Under the pieces are notes generated by a model that was not told the origin of the DNA, searched no databases, and worked only from the letters and a program-made list of their open reading frames with translations. DNA of 52,796 nt, taken from positions 33,913,978 to 33,966,773 of the forward strand of contig NC_068999.1 in the NCBI RefSeq assembly GCF_001194135.2, given 5' to 3'. The DNA is from Octopus bimaculoides. Taxonomy: Eukaryota. Within the stretch, counting starts at the first letter, position 1. Each line of letters starts with the position of its first letter. Shown one piece after another: positions 48,208-52,796 of the stretch. A program made the translations under genes and the position numbers.

Positions 48208-48489
48208 AACCATAATAGTTCAGCAAGCAACTAGTAGGTGAATATAACATACCCCAATCCAAATGTGTTTGGAGGTAATATAAGATACAAAAATCGACTT
48301 TCAGAATATAGCGATCTGTTTCAAAATATGCTTTACCATCGAATACTTTAGTCTAGAGTTTTTAATATCTTTCACAGAAATTCCAATTTCTGAGAACTTC
48401 CAAACTTTCTGGTAGTGTTAGCTAATAAACTTTAGTTTGCTCACTTGTAACTTGTTTCTTTTGGTCGTATAAGTATTAAATAAAATAAT

Positions 48490-48740
48490 AAATGCGCCCT
48501 TTTAAAGCCCAGCCAGGCTCATGGGCCCGGTTTCCCGGTTTCTATGGCGTATGCATTGCCCATCTGGATGGGACGCTAGTCCATCGCAGCGTTACTCATT
48601 TTACCAGCTGAGTGGACTGAAGCAATGCGAAATGAAGTGTTTTGCTCAAGAACACAACGCGTCGCCCGGTCCAGGAATCAAAACCACAATCTTACGATCA
48701 TGATGCTGACACACTAACCACTAAGCCACGTGCCTCCACC
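48490..48740 (-). mobile_element. tRNA-derived SINE family C
   Basis: The reverse complement reads GGAGGCACGTGGCTTAGTGGTTAG…TTGATTCC…TGTGTTCTTGAGCAAAACACTT…TGCGATGGACTAGCGTCCCATCCAG…TAAAAGGGCGCATTT. Confidence 0.8.
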
Positions 48741-48881
48741 GTATAAGTATTAGTTTCTTTAAACATGGCTTTTAATGTAATTTTAACATCCATATTTCAA
48801 AATGACATGCCTGTAGCCTCACTTGCACGCCCGCACGCCCACACGCACACACACACACACATACATACACATGCACATACA

Positions 48882-49032
48882 TTCGACGGGCTTCTTTTAG
48901 TTTCCATCAACCAAATCCACTCACAAAGTTTTAGTCGTCCTGAGGTTATAGTAGAAGACTCTTGCCAAAGGTGTCACGCAGTGGGACTGAAGCCGGAACC
49001 ATTTGGTTTAGAAATAAACTTCTTACCACACA
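48882..49032 (-). mobile_element. SINE family B, 5' half
   Basis: cgacgggcttctt…caaatccactcacaaag…tatagtagaagac.cttgcc.aaggtgtcacgcagtgggactgaa.ccggaaccat…cttcttaccacacag. Confidence 0.9.
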
Positions 49033-50262
49033 GATTGAAAGCTGTTTTTTGTATATAGTTAGTATCGCGTAGAGGAGGTGACAAAAAGAGGTGAGATACA
49101 TATACTGAAGCATACTAGGCGAGGGAATGATAAAAATGAAATAATTAATGCTGAGCTGGTGGGAAAGAGTTGTTAACAAGAGATGGGTTAGGTCGGGAAG
49201 AAAGCGATGAAGGGAAAAAGCAGCAAGTGGGAGGAAAATACAAGAAAGTGGGAGAAAATAGCAAAGGAAAATCTACGTTCAATATAATATGATGCAAGGG
49301 AAATGAAAAGTAGAACGGAAATGAAAGAAAAATGAAAGAAAATAATCGAGAAAAGAAAACTATCATCAATATAACGTGATGGGATGCATGACTGCATATT
49401 TATGAACAGATGCACGCTAAGATATTTTTTTCTCGCACAGTCCAGGTCGTAAACATTCAAAGTTGTCTACATTAGTATGTAGGATATCTATACACATACA
49501 TATGCGTATATGTATATGTGCATATATACATATATATGTGTGTGTGTGTATACATATACACACATACACACACACACACATACCTCCTTATACATATTAT
49601 AATGTAACAAACGAAAGGGAAAATTCCTTCAATGAGGTGTAAAACATCCAATTCACTGGTACGTCAATTGAATACCACAGAAATGGGGGTATAAATACAA
49701 AATACAAACAATAAATTAGAGAAATACAATTGACAATCTAACAGTTTATTTATAATATATAATATAATATGATATAAATGTAATATAATATAATATAATA
49801 TGAGATAGGACAACATAAAAAAAAATTATTTAAAAACCAAAGAAGCCAACAATTTGTTTCGCCTTATATACATTATTTGATTTCTAAACAATTCAAATCC
49901 ATGTATACAAGGGTTTTGGTTCAAAAGACAGACGAAAATCCATGTAAAAGGACTGCCAAGTTGCAAAATAGTGATTCAAAATACCTATGTTTAGAAGCGT
50001 GAGCGTTAACTGTTCAAATACATAACAAGTACCATAAAAGAAAAAATAACGGACAAAAAAAAATTTAGTAAAGAAAATCTACAACTTTCAAAATGTTTTT
50101 TATATGTTCCCAATAATATCAATTCAGACGCATTTAAGTCGAAAACAATCACTGGCTATTTTAATAATATAAAATAATAACAATATATAAATTTATGAAG
50201 TATCAGAGTCCTACTTAGTTTAAGAGACGGTAATAAATCATGTAAATCAATATTTATTCTAG

Positions 50263-50495
50263 AAAGCGTGGTGAGCTGGCAAAATCGTTAGCACGCCGGG
50301 CAAAATGCATAATGGTATTTCTTCTGCCGTTACGTTCTGAGTTCAAATTCCACCGATGTCGACTTTGCATTTCGTACTTTTGGGGTCGATTAAATAAATA
50401 TCAGTTACGCACTGGGGTCGACGTCATCGACTTAATCCCTTTGTCTGTCCTTGTTTGTCTAGTCTATGCTTAGCCCCTTGAGGGTAATAAATAAA
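50263..50495 (+). mobile_element. tRNA-derived SINE family A, full length
   Basis: GGTGAGCTGGCAAAATCGTTAGCACGCCGGG…TTCTGAGTTCAAATTCC…GTCGACTTTGC…GGGGTCGATTAAAT…CTGGGGTCGA…TCGACTTAATCCC…AATAAATAAA. Confidence 0.9.
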
Positions 50496-50667
50496 CTTTT
50501 ATTCAATATATATGCCTATGCATGTTCGAAAAAACTTATTTCTAGTATATTAACTAACTATTATTTTTTATGCAATACTTTAAAATATTTATAATTACTC
50601 AAGGAAAATATATATCATAATAATATAGTATATTTATAATGATAAGATATAATAAATATATATATTA

Positions 50668-50795
50668 TCGAGTTAGAAAACAGAGAGATCTAATGGATAC
50701 AAATTAATTTATTAATTAATCAACATGTTAAGTAATATATTGATTAATTAATTAATCAATTTGTATCCATTAGGTCTCTCTGTTTTCTAACTTGA
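50668..50795. repeat. 128-bp imperfect palindrome
   Basis: tcgagttagaaaacagagagatctaatggatacaaatt…ttaatcaa and ttgattaa…aatttgtatccattaggtctctctgttttctaacttga. Confidence 0.9.
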
Positions 50796-50935
50796 CAATA
50801 GTGCATGATATTTTGCGATATTTTATATAATATATTCATTGAAGAAATATCTCTTCAAAATTTAACATATTAAACCAATGTATCTTGGATAAATATCCCT
50901 ATAAGAGGTTTAAATATAATCATTATGGCTATGTA

Positions 50936-50986
<51 letters not shown>

Positions 50987-51329
50987 ATNNNNNNNNNNNN
51001 NNNNNNNNNNNNNNNNNNNNNNNNNNNNNNNNNNNNNNNNNNNNNNNNNNNNNNNNNNNTCCAATGAGTCTCATGGGATGGAAAAGTCGCTGAAGAGGTA
51101 ACAGGTGCGCGATGAAAGATTTCCAGACAATGGACATAAGATAAAATGAATATATATACATATATATATATATATGGTATACCGAGAGCATCAGTAAAAT
51201 TGTTCAAATTTAGATTCAACTTCCAGCGTTTGTATCTCAAGAATGTTCAAAGATAACTTGATGGAATTATCAGAAGGTTTTCTAACTCTATTGGACTTTA
51301 CTTTGAGCAAGAAAAGTGTTGATTACTCT

Positions 51330-52340
51330 GCAAGCTCATCAGAAGACTTGTGAAGTCGATCATGGACGGAGATGACAGTTTCATAAATGATTAACCATAG
51401 CTCAGGATAGGGAGCTCATAAATAATTGGAATAAAGTTCGAATGGAAGCTTAAATTTATATTTCAAAGCGCCAGTGACAATCCTGGCCAAAATCCAACCT
51501 GTTAGGCGTGAAGAGTTGCTCCTCTTTTGGCAATGACTTCAACCATTTTCCTGAATGCACCACAAGCTTTCTTAACGAATTCCTCATCAATGTTCTCATC
51601 CCACATCATGCGGATGGAGTTTTTGAGAGCTTCTGACCAGTCCATTCGAGATACTGAAGTCTAAAGTGTTCAAATCAGGTGATGAAAGCGGTCAAGTGTT
51701 CTTATCTTAGAACTTGTTCCCAAATTTGTCCTTGAGGAATATTTAAGCTACTGAACTTGTGTTACAAGGAGCTCCACCTTGCTGGAATGTAAACTTGAAG
51801 TCCTTAGCGATCTTGTTGGGGGTTTCCCTCATCTCTCACCTCAGAAAGAATCCAGGTCTTTACATCTTTCAAAACCTAAGCATAACAAATTCCTGTCAGT
51901 CTCTCAGCTTTCTCAAACATGATCAATGGCATCTTCTTGCCATCAGAGGTCACGCAGGCGATAATCATCTTGGCAAGGTTTTTGCACCTGAAAATGACAC
52001 TTTTGGCTCTCTCGTGAAGGTCAATCGCTTTTATTGTCACCGACCGGTTATCCGCCCACCTTTTCATGACTCCGACACAATTGTTGCACACCGAACATTT
52101 TACAAACATTTGTTTACCCTCGTTCACATTTATACATCTATATTATAACGGAGAAAGCTGCTTGTTAATTAGGTATGTAACAATTATTAAAAGTAATAGA
52201 AGAAAACAATTATTAAAGGCTTGACCGTCTGAAAATTTATTTCTAAATTCATGTTCCAAAAAATTCTTATAATTTCGATTTCTGGACTTTATTGAATTTT
52301 TGGAAAACATTTTATCACAGATTTGAATATTCGTCGCATT
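51330..52340 (-). mobile_element. Tc1/mariner DD37D-like transposase pseudogene, third and more distant lineage
   Basis: KMIIACVTSDGKKMPLIMFEKAERLTG, FTFQQGGAP, a WPLSSPDLNTLD-like segment, and MWDENIDEEFVKKACGAFRK; stops and frameshifts present. Confidence 0.75.
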
Positions 52341-52796
52341 CACTGCGGAGTATTCCGTCCTCATTTACACTCTCTATTTCAATGTCTTCATTTCAAGTTT
52401 TAATTCGGTATTTGGAAAACCTACAGTTTATTCTATATACGTAATGTAAAAACATTGATAGAATCTCCACACAAGAAAGAATCAACAAGGAGAATCTTTT
52501 CATAGAGAAATTCCAACCATTTCTTAACACACACACCCCTCAGTGACCTTATTTCTCTAGGAACAGACACAAACTTCCTGTTGAAAAAGAATTCATAACT
52601 CCAACTAAAAATATTTGTCTCCCCTTACACACACTTCCTGTTTTGACACCACATTTCCTGCTTAACACAAACTTTTAACCCTTTTTTAAAACCTAACAAA
52701 ACTCTCAACTCTCATGCATCCTTATTTTTCCTACCATTATATACATGAACTACTATTGAACTTCAAAAGCTCAAACACAATATAATGTATGGGTAT

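Noticed and set aside
336-52364. Dozens of ORFs rich in HT/YI/CV/RE/poly-D/poly-H runs or X
   Set aside because: They are translations of microsatellites or read through N gaps, and show no domain content.
1-52796. Fanzor/TnpB, viral, rRNA or intact transposase/RT genes
   Set aside because: No ORF of adequate length or with the relevant motifs exists in the sequenced portion; about 6 kb of gaps cannot be assessed.

Overview
This is AT-rich eukaryotic (animal) genomic DNA from a gapped assembly, with roughly 6 kb of N in 13 large gaps and several 10-N gaps. The extreme microsatellite density and the SINE families point to a coleoid cephalopod, most likely Octopus; this is an inference. No host protein-coding gene can be supported. 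Nearly all ORFs in the track are translations of microsatellites or span N gaps. The window is mostly decayed transposable elements: (1) four restriction-like-endonuclease non-LTR retrotransposon relics, three R4/Dong-like and one HERO/NeSL-like; (2) two RTE-type LINE 3' ends carrying C2H2 fingers; (3) a Helitron Rep/Pif1 helicase relic; (4) three DD37D-like (maT) and three DD34D-like mariner relics, one with near-perfect TIRs and TA TSDs; (5) a hAT-type MITE; (6) about 15 copies or halves of three tRNA-derived SINE families; (7) a tRNA-Gln-derived pseudogene. There is no CRISPR, rRNA or prokaryote-type system. The most interesting unexplained signals are four hammerhead-ribozyme-shaped motifs (best at 14650-14708 and 40534-40576), several long foldback palindromes, LINE ends embedded in family-specific microsatellites, and two R4-like copies that both lost the RT core. 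Repeat boundaries were set by eye and are approximate (about +/-20 bp) unless TIRs or stems are quoted.
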